DNA of 64,000 bases from Nanobdellota archaeon. Lineage in GTDB: Archaea > Nanobdellota > Nanobdellia > Pacearchaeales > GW2011-AR1. The DNA lies in the NCBI GenBank assembly GCA_022703705.1, contig JAKLDD010000002.1:4597-68596 (forward strand), given 5' to 3'. This document shows positions 21,042 to 31,047 of this stretch, piece after piece. The notes below the pieces were generated by a model, which worked only from the letters and a program-made list of their open reading frames with translations, made no database searches and was not told where the DNA came from. Position 1 is the stretch's first letter; each line of letters begins with the position of its first letter. A program made the position numbers and the translations under genes.

Positions 21042-22664
21042 ATGGACACCAAAAAAATTTTGAAGTTTTGTTTAGAGAACGGATTATTGCTGGACAAAGA
21101 TGCTCTTGAATTATTTAGTGAAACTTGTAATACAGAATCCGTAAAACTAATCATTGAAAAAATAAAATCTTCAACAAAGCAAAAAATTATAACAAAAAAT
21201 ATTTTTTATGAAAATAAAGGGGAAATAATCAAATTTTTTTCAGATTTGCCAAAAGAAACCCAAAAAGAATTAGAAAGTTTAAAAATAAATCTGGGGCTAA
21301 GCATTGAAATTTCAAAGGAAAAAATCTCTTTAAATGAAAAAAAGCAAAATTACTCAGAGACAAAAAGCGATATAAAAATTCTTTCTCCTTTTCCCCCTGT
21401 TTCTTCTCAGGGGCATAAAATAGATGTGCAAGATTTTGTTAAATTTTTTAGAAATCGTTTTTTTGAAATGAAAAAAATTCTTCAGGGGCATTCTGAATTG
21501 GATAATCTCGTTTCTATAAATAAAATATTTGGAAATAGGCACGGAATTTCTATTATAGGGATGATTTGTAGTAAAAGTATTACAAAAAATAAAAATATGA
21601 TTTTTGAAGTTGAAGATTTTACCGGTAAAATAAAAATAATTGTGAGCAAAGAAAAGAAAGAATTGTATGAAAAGGCAGAAGAAATTTGTTTAGATTCTGT
21701 TTTGGGTTTTAAGGGTGCTGGAAATGGGGAGATTTTTTTTGCAAATGATATAATTTTTCCTGATGCAAACCTTGCAGAAAAGAAAAAGTCCCCGGAAGAA
21801 GAATATGCTTTATTTTTAGGGGATTTACATCTTGGAAGCAAGAGATTTTTCAAGCAGAGCTTTCTAAAATTTATAGATTATTTAAATGGCAATTTTCCAA
21901 ACACCCCCGAAGTTTACAAAATAAAGTACCTTTTTATAGTGGGCGATTTAGTTACTGGAATTGGAAATTATCCGAATCAAGAAGAAGATTTAGAGGTTGT
22001 AAATTTGGAAGAACAGTTTTCCTTGCTTGCCAATTTGCTTGGAAAAATAAGAAAAGATGTTAAAATAATTCTTTCGCCAGGAAATCACGATGGGGTACGA
22101 TTAATGGAACCGCAACCTCTTTTTGATGAAAAATATGCTTGGCCAATTTATAATCTGGAAAATGTAACAATAACTTCAAATCCTTGTTTTCTTAATTTTG
22201 GTTCTAAGGAAAATTTTGATGGGTTTAATGTCTTAACTTATCATGGATTTTCTTTTCAATACTATGCAAATTCTGTTCAAAAATTAATTCAAAAAAAAGC
22301 AATGAATTGTCCTGAAGAAATAATGAAATATGTTTTAAAACATAGGCATCTAGCCCCAACGCATGCCTCAACACAATACTTTCCTACTGAGGAAGATAAT
22401 TTATTAATAAAAGAAGTTCCAGATATTTTTGTATCTGCACACACTCACAAAAGCGGAGTTTCTGTTTATAATAATATTTTAATTATTTCAACTTCTTGCT
22501 GGGAAGCAATGACTCCTTACCAAGAAAAATTTGGAAATGAACCAGATCATTGCAAGGTTCCTATGCTTAATTTAAAAACTCGCGCTATCAAAATCTTAGA
22601 TTTTGAAGAAAATGAAAGAGGAGTAGATAAAAATTTGGAGATAAATTTAAATGAAAATAAATGA
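21042..22664 (+). CDS. DNA polymerase II (PolD) small subunit DP1
   Basis: OB-fold plus calcineurin-like phosphoesterase motifs: LFLGDLHLGS, FIVGDLV, SPGNHD, SAHTH. Confidence 0.9.
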   Translation: MDTKKILKFCLENGLLLDKDALELFSETCNTESVKLIIEKIKSSTKQKIITKNIFYENKGEIIKFFSDLPKETQKELESLKINLGLSIEISKEKISLNEKKQNYSETKSDIKILSPFPPVSSQGHKIDVQDFVKFFRNRFFEMKKILQGHSELDNLVSINKIFGNRHGISIIGMICSKSITKNKNMIFEVEDFTGKIKIIVSKEKKELYEKAEEICLDSVLGFKGAGNGEIFFANDIIFPDANLAEKKKSPEEEYALFLGDLHLGSKRFFKQSFLKFIDYLNGNFPNTPEVYKIKYLFIVGDLVTGIGNYPNQEEDLEVVNLEEQFSLLANLLGKIRKDVKIILSPGNHDGVRLMEPQPLFDEKYAWPIYNLENVTITSNPCFLNFGSKENFDGFNVLTYHGFSFQYYANSVQKLIQKKAMNCPEEIMKYVLKHRHLAPTHASTQYFPTEEDNLLIKEVPDIFVSAHTHKSGVSVYNNILIISTSCWEAMTPYQEKFGNEPDHCKVPMLNLKTRAIKILDFEENERGVDKNLEINLNENK

Positions 22665-23619
22665 TAGAGTTTATGGAAATCAAGAGATAAATGAAGCAAT
22701 TCTTTTGGATTTAATTAATTCTAATTCAATTAAGAGATTAAAAGACATTTCTCAAATAGGGATGCCAGATGAATATCTTTCTTTCTCAGGATTTTCTAGA
22801 TATGAACATTCTTTGGGGGTTATGATTCTTTTAAAAAGATTGAGGGCTAATTTAGAAGAACAAGTTGCCGGGTTATTACATGATATTTCTCATACCCCCT
22901 TTTCCCATGTTATAGATTGGGTTATTGGGGATCCAACTAAAGAAGATTATCAAGATAGTATTTTTAGGGAATTTTTAGAAAAATCAGATTCATTTGATAT
23001 TCTTAAAAAGCATAAATTAAACACAGAACTTATTTCAGATTTAAATAATTTTAAACTTTTGGAAAGAGAATCTCCGAAGTTGTGCGCGGATAGACTTGAC
23101 TATTCTTTGAGGCAAATTAGAATGGAAAAAGGCAAAGAATTGGCTAACAAAATTTTTGGAGATTTATGTGTTTATGAGAATCAAATTGCATTTAATAGTT
23201 TAGAAGTTGCAAGATTGTTCGGAAAAGAGTATATGAATCTTCAAACTCTTAGGTGGGCGGGAGATGAAATGAGAAGTAAATATTATATTTTATCTGAAAC
23301 ATTGAAAGAAGCATTGAATAAAAGTTTAATCGAATTTAATCAATTTTATGGGACAGAAAAACCCATTTTGAAAATTTTAAATAATTCAAACAATGAACTT
23401 ATTTTATCTAACTTAAACTTACTGAAAAAAGGTTTCTCTGTCATCGAAGATGAAAATGGAATAGAATTAAAAAAGAAGTTTAGATATGTTGATCCAGAAA
23501 TTAGAATGAATGGGGGGATTGTTTGTTTAAGCGATATTTGTGAGGATTATAAAAAACTTATTAATTATGAAAAAGAAAAAAATTTGGAGGTTAAGAAAAT
23601 AAAGATAATTCCTAATTAA
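22651..23619 (+). CDS. HD-domain phosphohydrolase (COG1078/SAMHD1-like family, short form)
   Basis: INDRVYGNQEI...IKRLKDISQIG, SRYEHSLGVMIL, LLHDISHTPFSH, CADRLDYSLR. 14-nt overlap with DP1 and a 1-nt gap to DP2. Confidence 0.75.
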   Translation: MKINDRVYGNQEINEAILLDLINSNSIKRLKDISQIGMPDEYLSFSGFSRYEHSLGVMILLKRLRANLEEQVAGLLHDISHTPFSHVIDWVIGDPTKEDYQDSIFREFLEKSDSFDILKKHKLNTELISDLNNFKLLERESPKLCADRLDYSLRQIRMEKGKELANKIFGDLCVYENQIAFNSLEVARLFGKEYMNLQTLRWAGDEMRSKYYILSETLKEALNKSLIEFNQFYGTEKPILKILNNSNNELILSNLNLLKKGFSVIEDENGIELKKKFRYVDPEIRMNGGIVCLSDICEDYKKLINYEKEKNLEVKKIKIIPN

Positions 23620-23620
23620 A

Positions 23621-26600
23621 ATGAACACCCAAGAATATTTTGAAAATCTTAAGAAGGAAATCGATAAAATATATTTAATTGCAGAAAAAGCTAGAGCAAA
23701 AGGATATGACCCTGCAAATGAGGTGGAAATTCCCTTAGCAATGAGTATGGCAGAAAAGGTTGTTGGTTTAATTTCTACAATATATCCTCAAATGAAAAAT
23801 TCTGGAATTGCAGAAAGGATTCTTGAGCTTGAAAAAGAATATGGGAAATTGGATACAACAATTGTATTTAAGATTGCAGAAGAAGTTGCAAAACAAAAAT
23901 TTTGCAAATTTAAGGATCTTCTCGAATCAATGGATGCTGGAATAAGAGTTGGCTTTGCTTATGCTACCTTGGGGGTAGTTTCAAGCCCAATAGAAGGATT
24001 CACTGGATTAAAAATAAGAAAAACGAGAAACAATCAAGAATATATTGAAGCAAGTTTTTCAGGCCCAATTAGAAGTGCAGGAACAACTGCAAGTTGTATT
24101 GTTTTAATTTTAATTGACTATCTAAGGGAGATATTTGGATTTGCTAAATATGATCCCACAGAAGAAGAAATCAAAAGAATGTATTCTGAAATGGAACATT
24201 TTCATGAAAGGGTTGCAAATTTGCAGTATATGCCTACAGAAAAAGAGGCAAATTTTTTAGCAAAAAATCTTCCAATTCAAATTGCAGGAGATGCTTCTGA
24301 AAAAATTGAAGTTCCAAATTATAAAAATTTGGAAAGAGTGGATACAAATTATTTGAGGAGTGGTTTTTGTTTAATTATCGGGGAAGGGCTTGCCCAAAAA
24401 GCAGCAAAAGGATTTAGGTTGTTAAATATTTCAAAGAAAAATGGGATAAAATCAACGGGGTTTGATTTTTTAGAAGAATATATAAAAATTCATGAAAAAA
24501 GGGCAAAAGGAAAAAAAGATGAAACTCCTGTTTATATGAAAGATTTGGTTGCCGGAAGACCTGTTTTTGGGCATCCTGCAAAATCTGGGGGTTTTAGGTT
24601 TAGATATGGAAGAGGAAGGGTTTCAGGATTTAGTGCAACTTCTTTGCATCCTGCAACAATGGCTATAACTGACGACTTTATTGCAATTGGAACACAATTA
24701 AAACTTGAAAAACCAACTAAAGGTTGTGTAGCTACTGTTTGTGATTCAATAGAAGGACCGATAGTCAAATTGTTTAATGGGAGTGTAAAAAAGTTAAATT
24801 CTTTAGAAGAAGCTAAATTAATTTATCCAGATGTAGATGAAATTATTTATTTAGGAGACATTTTGTTTCCATTTAGTGATGTTTTAAACAGAAATGCGCA
24901 GCTTATAAAACCGGGGTATGTTGAAGAGTGGTGGAAATTGGATTTGATGGAAAAAAACAATCTGGAAAAAATAGATTGTTTTAATATTTCTCTAGACAAA
25001 GCAATTGAATTAAGTGAGAATTATTCTATTCCATTACACCCAAAATATATTTTTTATTGGACAGAATTATCTAAAGAATATTTCTTGGATTTAATTGATT
25101 GGTTAATTGTTTCAAAATATGACAAAAAAATAATTTTTCCATATAATAAAACTGAAAGAGAAAAATTTAAGCTGGGAAAACGTGCCTTGGAGTTGCTGGG
25201 CATAGAACATCAAGTAACTTTAGAAAATGTTGTTTTGAACGAAATTACCAGCAAGGCTCTTCTTCTTAATCTTGGTATTAATATTCCCCATGAAGAATTT
25301 TTATTTAAAGAGCTAATTTTTAAGGAAAAGTATTTGTTAGACAAAAATGTTTTAGAAATTATTAATTCTGTTTCTAATTTTAAAATAAAAGATAAGGCGG
25401 GAGAGTTTATTGGAGCTAGAATGGGCAGGCCAGAAAAAGCAAAATTAAGAAAATTAATTGGGGGTCCAAATGTTTTATTTCCTGTTGGAAAAGAGGGGGG
25501 AAGATTGAGGAGTTTTCAAGCAGCTTGTGGAGAAGGAGAAGTTTTTGGAAGCTTTCCTATTTATTATTGTGAAAAGTGCAACCAGGAAACAATCTATCCT
25601 ATTTGTGAATCTTGTGAAAATAAATGTAAAAAAATGTATTATTTTCCTGAATTAAAAGAAAAAGCATTTGTTAAAATAAAAGAGGGGATTGAGAAAGGAG
25701 GAGTTCCTTACATGAATAAGAGGATAAATATTCAGCATTATTTTGAAAGTGCAATAAAAAAATTAGGTTATTCTAAAGAGCAAATACCCCCATTAATTAA
25801 AGGAGTTAGAGGAACTTCTTCAGAAAATCATTCCATAGAAAATTTTGCAAAAGGGATGATAAGAGCAAAATATAATTTACAAGTAAATAAAGATGGAACA
25901 ATAAGATTTGATGCAACAGAACTTCCCATAACATCTTTTAAGCCAAAAGAAATTTTTGTGGGTGTTGAAAAATTGAGGGAATTGGGTTACGATAAAGATA
26001 TTTTTGGTAATGAATTAATAAATGAAGACCAAATCCTAGAGCTTTTACCCCATGATGTTTTGCTTCCAATTTCTTCAGACTCTCTTGATGAAAAAGCAGA
26101 TGATATCTTTTTTAAGGTTTCAAAATTTGTTGATGAAGAATTAGAAAAATTTTATGGATTAGGAAAGTTTTATGATTTAAAAGAAAAACAAGATTTGGTT
26201 GGGCAAATTGGGGTTTGCATGGCCCCCCATAATTGTGCAGGGGTAGTTTGTAGATTTATTGGATTCTCAAACACTCAAGGCCTTTTTGCAAGTCCGTATA
26301 TGCACGCAGCAATAAGGAGGGATTGTGATGGGGATGAAGCAGCAGTTATGTTGCTGGGTGATGTATTAATTAATTTTTCAAGAGAATTTTTACCAAGTCA
26401 CCGGGGGGGAACCCAAGATGCCCCGCTTGTTTTAAATGCAAAAATAGATGCTGGTGAAGTTGATGATCAAATTTTAGATTTTGAATTTTTAAACGAATAC
26501 CCTATTGAATTGTACAGGTTTTCAGAGGAAAAAAGGCATTCCTCAGAAGTAAAATTAAATACTGTAAAAGAAATTCTAAAAAAAGGGGAAGATCCTTTTA

Positions 26601-27073
26601 AAGGAGTTGGATTTACTCACTCTACTAACAATTTTAATGAGGGGGTTTTGTGTTCTTCATATAAAAGACTTTTAACTATGCAAGATAAAGTAGGGCATCA
26701 AATGGAATTAGTAGAAAAACTTCGTTCTGTTGACACTGCAGATACTGCACGCCTTATTATTGATAGACATTTTATCAGGGATATTAGAGGTAATCTTAGA
26801 AAATTTTCAATGCAAGAATTTAGGTGTGTTGCTTGTAATGAAATTGTAAGAAGGCCCCCTCTTGAAGGGGTTTGCCCGAAGTGTCGCGGAAAATTAATTT
26901 TTACAATTCATGAAGGGGGAATAAAAAAATATCTTGATTCGGCATTGGACTTGGCAAAAAAATATAATCTTTCTTCTTATTTGCAGCAAAATCTTGAACT
27001 TGTTAAAAGATACATAGATGCTGTTTTTGGTAAAGAATTGGAAAAGCAAAAAGCTTTAGCAGATTATTTTTAA
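23621..27073 (+). CDS. DNA polymerase II (PolD) large subunit DP2
   Basis: 1150 aa. Motifs GRPVFGHPAKSGGFRFRYGR, ARMGRPEKA, IRRDCDGDEAA, and Zn fingers CEKCN..CESC and CVACN..CPKC. Confidence 0.93.
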   Translation: MNTQEYFENLKKEIDKIYLIAEKARAKGYDPANEVEIPLAMSMAEKVVGLISTIYPQMKNSGIAERILELEKEYGKLDTTIVFKIAEEVAKQKFCKFKDLLESMDAGIRVGFAYATLGVVSSPIEGFTGLKIRKTRNNQEYIEASFSGPIRSAGTTASCIVLILIDYLREIFGFAKYDPTEEEIKRMYSEMEHFHERVANLQYMPTEKEANFLAKNLPIQIAGDASEKIEVPNYKNLERVDTNYLRSGFCLIIGEGLAQKAAKGFRLLNISKKNGIKSTGFDFLEEYIKIHEKRAKGKKDETPVYMKDLVAGRPVFGHPAKSGGFRFRYGRGRVSGFSATSLHPATMAITDDFIAIGTQLKLEKPTKGCVATVCDSIEGPIVKLFNGSVKKLNSLEEAKLIYPDVDEIIYLGDILFPFSDVLNRNAQLIKPGYVEEWWKLDLMEKNNLEKIDCFNISLDKAIELSENYSIPLHPKYIFYWTELSKEYFLDLIDWLIVSKYDKKIIFPYNKTEREKFKLGKRALELLGIEHQVTLENVVLNEITSKALLLNLGINIPHEEFLFKELIFKEKYLLDKNVLEIINSVSNFKIKDKAGEFIGARMGRPEKAKLRKLIGGPNVLFPVGKEGGRLRSFQAACGEGEVFGSFPIYYCEKCNQETIYPICESCENKCKKMYYFPELKEKAFVKIKEGIEKGGVPYMNKRINIQHYFESAIKKLGYSKEQIPPLIKGVRGTSSENHSIENFAKGMIRAKYNLQVNKDGTIRFDATELPITSFKPKEIFVGVEKLRELGYDKDIFGNELINEDQILELLPHDVLLPISSDSLDEKADDIFFKVSKFVDEELEKFYGLGKFYDLKEKQDLVGQIGVCMAPHNCAGVVCRFIGFSNTQGLFASPYMHAAIRRDCDGDEAAVMLLGDVLINFSREFLPSHRGGTQDAPLVLNAKIDAGEVDDQILDFEFLNEYPIELYRFSEEKRHSSEVKLNTVKEILKKGEDPFKGVGFTHSTNNFNEGVLCSSYKRLLTMQDKVGHQMELVEKLRSVDTADTARLIIDRHFIRDIRGNLRKFSMQEFRCVACNEIVRRPPLEGVCPKCRGKLIFTIHEGGIKKYLDSALDLAKKYNLSSYLQQNLELVKRYIDAVFGKELEKQKALADYF

Positions 27074-28269
27074 AACAAATATAATATTATTGTTGGGATT
27101 AACAAACATCCCATCATTTGGGTTCTTTTTACATTTAGTGAAATGCAATAAATTCCTGTTGCTGTTGAAACAATAAAAACAAAAAAACCCAAAATCCCGG
27201 AAATCATGCAAATAATTATTGATAAAAAGATTAAAATTCCTATTGAAAGCTTTTTGTAATTCACTTTTTCTATTATTTTTAAAAATTTTAAAGATAAAAA
27301 TTTGGTTAGAAAAAAAGAGAGTACTCCTGAAAATAAGCAGATGATAATTATAAGTATTAATAAGTTTAAATTTAGAGTTCCAATTAAAGATTGGATTGCC
27401 GCAGAAGCACCTGTTCTTGTTTTTGAAATAGAATATAATGAGATGAATGAAATTCCCATTACTAAAATATTTACTGCTCCAAGAAGGATAAGGAAATCTT
27501 TTTTGTCAGATCTTGAAATCTGGTTTCCTATTACTGCTGCTTGTCCTCCTCCAAGCCCGGGAAGAAAACCACAAAGGGGGGAAGCAATTAATGCTGCTAA
27601 AATGGGTTTGTAAACTTTTTTTAGATTTAATTTTTCAGAGAGGGTTTTTTGTTTTGGTATTTTGGTATTTTGATTTATGCTCATTAACATCATGGAACTT
27701 CCAAATAAACCAGAAAGAAGAGGTAGAAGGGGTTCCTTCAAATTTAAATTTAAGACACAGACTCCAAAAAAACCAGTTAAAATAAGGACGACTGCGGCTG
27801 AAAATTTTTTCTTTTCAGAAAAAATCATTAAAAAGCATACAAAAATTAAAATAAACGGAATTAATTTTCTTATGATTGGATAAATCCAAGAAATTAAATG
27901 AACAAGAGGTAATGTCAAGAGCACTAAAATAAAAATAGAAATCAATCCTCCATAAGCGGTTCGCATTATTGCAGAATGCCCTTCTCCTTGTTTTAATAAT
28001 TCATGCCCTGGTAAAACAGATAATTCTGTATCTGAATCCGGACACCCCAAAAAAATGCTCGGTATAAAATCAATAAACGTATGTGCAATTGCAAGAGATG
28101 CAATAAATACAATTAAATAAATGGGGGAAATTCCAGCTAAAAAAGTTGAAGAAAGAGTAACCAAAAAAGCCCCAACAAGATTTATATGTATTCCAGGAAA
28201 TAAGCCTGTGAATACCCCAACTAAAATGCCCAACAACAAAGCAACTATTATTTGTATAAGCATACTCAA
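27070..28269 (-). CDS. polytopic membrane protein, TctA/DUF112-like
   Basis: ~10 TM. GLFPGIHINL and GFLPGLGGGQAA motifs resemble the two PG-loop repeats of the DUF112/TctA family. Confidence 0.55.
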   Translation of the reverse strand: MSMLIQIIVALLLGILVGVFTGLFPGIHINLVGAFLVTLSSTFLAGISPIYLIVFIASLAIAHTFIDFIPSIFLGCPDSDTELSVLPGHELLKQGEGHSAIMRTAYGGLISIFILVLLTLPLVHLISWIYPIIRKLIPFILIFVCFLMIFSEKKKFSAAVVLILTGFFGVCVLNLNLKEPLLPLLSGLFGSSMMLMSINQNTKIPKQKTLSEKLNLKKVYKPILAALIASPLCGFLPGLGGGQAAVIGNQISRSDKKDFLILLGAVNILVMGISFISLYSISKTRTGASAAIQSLIGTLNLNLLILIIIICLFSGVLSFFLTKFLSLKFLKIIEKVNYKKLSIGILIFLSIIICMISGILGFFVFIVSTATGIYCISLNVKRTQMMGCLLIPTIILYLF

Positions 28270-28304
28270 AAAAAGTATTTAAATTAGTATTTATATACAG
28301 ATGT

Positions 28305-29090
28305 ATGAAAAAGAGAAACCCCATTATTGCTCTTGCTCAAATAAGGTATTTTGATAGTTATGAAAAGAATAATGTAGAAAAAATAAAAAAATATATCAGA
28401 CTAGCCAAGAAAAAAAATGCAGATATAATTTGTTTTCCAGAATCATGCATCCATAAGTTAGATTTTTTACCATTTGACCATAAATTAATAGAAGAAATTA
28501 AAAAGGAATGTAAAAAAAATTCAATTTGGTGTATAATTTCAGATGATATGGCCATTGGAAGGAAAATTTACAATGCTGCAATTCTAATAAATCGAGAAGG
28601 AAAAATTGAGGGGTCTTACAAAAAAATTCACCTTTATGGGGACAACAAGGGGGTTCGAGCAGGAAGAAAAATTAAAGTTTTTAAAACAGATTTCGCAAAA
28701 ATAGGGATTGCAATTTGCTGGGATTTAGCATATCCAAAATTATTCAAAAAAATGAAATTAAAAGGTGCTGAAATTGTTTTTTGTCCTACTTATTGGAAAT
28801 ATGAGCTTCAAGCACACCATGCTAGAAAATATGAAGAAAAACATAAGAACCGGGAAAAAGGAACTCTAAAATCTTTATTAATGGCAAGAGCATTTGAAAA
28901 TCTTTTTTTTGTTGCATTGTGCAATCCTGCTAATGGTGAAAAAGATTTGATTTCTTATTCTGCAATATGTTCCCCACATAAAATTTTATCTGATATAAAT
29001 AGTAAAGAAGGATTAATTTATTCTCATGTTGATTTATCTGAAATAGAAAAATTGCAAAAACTTTATGACCCCTCAAGAATAATCAATTAA
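28305..29090 (+). CDS. carbon-nitrogen hydrolase (nitrilase superfamily)
   Basis: E-K-C triad context: ICFPES, YKKIHLY, IGIAICWDLAYP. Confidence 0.8.
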   Translation: MKKRNPIIALAQIRYFDSYEKNNVEKIKKYIRLAKKKNADIICFPESCIHKLDFLPFDHKLIEEIKKECKKNSIWCIISDDMAIGRKIYNAAILINREGKIEGSYKKIHLYGDNKGVRAGRKIKVFKTDFAKIGIAICWDLAYPKLFKKMKLKGAEIVFCPTYWKYELQAHHARKYEEKHKNREKGTLKSLLMARAFENLFFVALCNPANGEKDLISYSAICSPHKILSDINSKEGLIYSHVDLSEIEKLQKLYDPSRIIN

Positions 29091-29091
29091 A

Positions 29092-29952
29092 TTAATTTTT
29101 ATATTTAATTAAATAATCTAAAACACATTCAAGAAGTTTTTTTCTTTCATTTAAAAAGAAATCAAATCCTGGAGCTGCATTTATTTCCAAAACAAACCAG
29201 GAATCCCCTTTCTTTAATAAATCAATCCCGCATATTCCTATTCCCGAAAATTTTACAACTTTTTTAATTATCCTTTCTAATTTTGAATTTACCTCAAATT
29301 TTTTAAATCTTTTAAATTTCCCCTTATGTAATCCTGTTGCTTTCCATCCAATATTTTCTTTTATTGCAGTTTGAACTATCTTGTTATCTATAACTGTTAT
29401 TCTATAACTAGGAGACCGTATAAATTCTTGTGCTATTATTGGATGTCTTTCTAAACTTTTTTTCCAAAATTTTTTTATTATTTTCTCTGCCTCTTCCAAA
29501 TTATTTGCTTTTTCAACAAATTCTCCCCAAGTTCCATGAATTCTTTTTAAAATTACTGGCCATCTTTTAAATTTTTTTAATTCAGATTTTGCGAGAATTA
29601 TATTATCAGATAAAAGAATTGTTTCCGGTGTGGGTACCCCGTTTTCCTTGCACTTTAAAAAAAACATCCATTTATCTTCTATAAAATAATATGTTTCTGG
29701 GGGTTCTATAATTGTTTTTCCCAGGGCTTCTACTGTTTTTGCTATTTCAATTCCAGCACCCTCCCCAATATTATTATACACTATATCACATTTTTTTATT
29801 TTATCTTCAATTTTTTTATCGTCTGTTTCCTTTGAAGTATTTATTAGAACTAAGTCTATCTTCTTTCTTTTTGCAAGGCGAACAAAAATTTTTTCTTCCC
29901 TCCCTAATTCTTTTTGTTCTCCATAAAGAATTCCTATGGTTTTATTTGGCAT
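29092..29952 (-). CDS. ATP-grasp ligase (RimK/LysX-like)
   Basis: WPVILKRIHGTWGEFV, IAQEFI, FVLEINAAPGF. Confidence 0.75.
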   Translation of the reverse strand: MPNKTIGILYGEQKELGREEKIFVRLAKRKKIDLVLINTSKETDDKKIEDKIKKCDIVYNNIGEGAGIEIAKTVEALGKTIIEPPETYYFIEDKWMFFLKCKENGVPTPETILLSDNIILAKSELKKFKRWPVILKRIHGTWGEFVEKANNLEEAEKIIKKFWKKSLERHPIIAQEFIRSPSYRITVIDNKIVQTAIKENIGWKATGLHKGKFKRFKKFEVNSKLERIIKKVVKFSGIGICGIDLLKKGDSWFVLEINAAPGFDFFLNERKKLLECVLDYLIKYKN

Positions 29953-30073
29953 TCTCTTTTAATCACCTTTTACTTTTATACTATTTAGCAAAAAACATAT
30001 TTAAATTCTATGTTTTGGGGTAAATATGAAAAGAACATATTAAATTTATAAATGTCTATTGCTTTATTTTTCA

Positions 30074-31045
30074 ATGCCAAAAAAAATGGATGCTGATAAA
30101 AAATTAAAATTAATTAAAGAAAATTTAGTTGAGGTCGTTACCGAACAAGAAATATTAGAATTATTAAAGAAAAAAAATAATCCAGTGGTATATTGTGGTT
30201 ATGAGCCTAATGGTCCGCTTCATTTAGGGCACTTTGTTACAGTCACCAAATTAATGGAATTATCCAAGTTAGGTTTCAAGGTAATTATTCTTCTTGCAGA
30301 TATTCATGCTCTTCTTAATAGGAAAGGTTCAATTGATGAAATAAAAAAAGAAGTTCAAAACTGGAGAAAAACAATACGGGCAATGGGCCTTGAAGCAGAA
30401 ATTATTCTAGGAAGCGATTTTCAGTTTAAAAAAGATTATCAAATTGATATTATGAACCTTGCGCAAAATTCAACAATTTCAAGAGGATTAAGGAGCATGC
30501 AGGAAATTGCAAGAGATATTGAAAACGCAACAATCTCTCAATTATGGTACCCATTAATGCAAATTGCGGATATAAAGCATTTAAATGTTGATGTTGCTTT
30601 AGGAGGATTAGAACAGAGAAAAGTGCATATGTTTGGAAGAGATATGTCTGGAATTTTAAAGTATAATTTTATTGCTTTGCACACTCCTTTGATAACTTCT
30701 TTAAAGGGGCCCGGACAAAAAATGTCTAAATCAATTCCCGGTTCAGGAATAAGTGTTATAGATAGCAAAGAGGAGATTAAAAAAACTTTAAAGGGAGCAT
30801 ATTGCCCAGAAGGAATTGTTCAAGATAACCCCATTCTTCAAATAATGCAATTAATAATCTTTCCAAGATACAAAAAAATTGAAATAAAACGTCCAGAAAA
30901 ATATGGGGGTAATTTGTTTTTTAATGATTATAAAGAATTAGAAAAAGTATATATTGAAAAAAAGTTACATCCTTCTGATTTGAAATCTGCAACAGAAGAA
31001 TATCTAGAAAAAATAATTGACCCAATAAGAAAAAATTACAAATAA
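30074..31045 (+). CDS. tyrS: tyrosyl-tRNA synthetase (archaeal type)
   Basis: YCGYEPNGPLHLGH (HIGH) and KMSKS. TATA tttataaa at 30045-30052 fits a leaderless start at 30074. The track start at 30059 is TTG. Confidence 0.9.
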   Translation: MPKKMDADKKLKLIKENLVEVVTEQEILELLKKKNNPVVYCGYEPNGPLHLGHFVTVTKLMELSKLGFKVIILLADIHALLNRKGSIDEIKKEVQNWRKTIRAMGLEAEIILGSDFQFKKDYQIDIMNLAQNSTISRGLRSMQEIARDIENATISQLWYPLMQIADIKHLNVDVALGGLEQRKVHMFGRDMSGILKYNFIALHTPLITSLKGPGQKMSKSIPGSGISVIDSKEEIKKTLKGAYCPEGIVQDNPILQIMQLIIFPRYKKIEIKRPEKYGGNLFFNDYKELEKVYIEKKLHPSDLKSATEEYLEKIIDPIRKNYK

Positions 31046-31047
31046 AA

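Noticed and set aside
23621-27073. Inteins in DP2, and likewise in Cdc6 and RadA
   Set aside because: The lengths are typical for intein-free proteins (1150, 403 and 343 aa). No Cys/Ser...His-Asn splice-junction blocks interrupt the conserved motifs.
27302-27883. Plus-strand ORFs inside 27070..28269, and minus-strand ORF 28070..28324
   Set aside because: They are antisense or out of frame relative to a coherent ~10-TM membrane protein, with no independent support.
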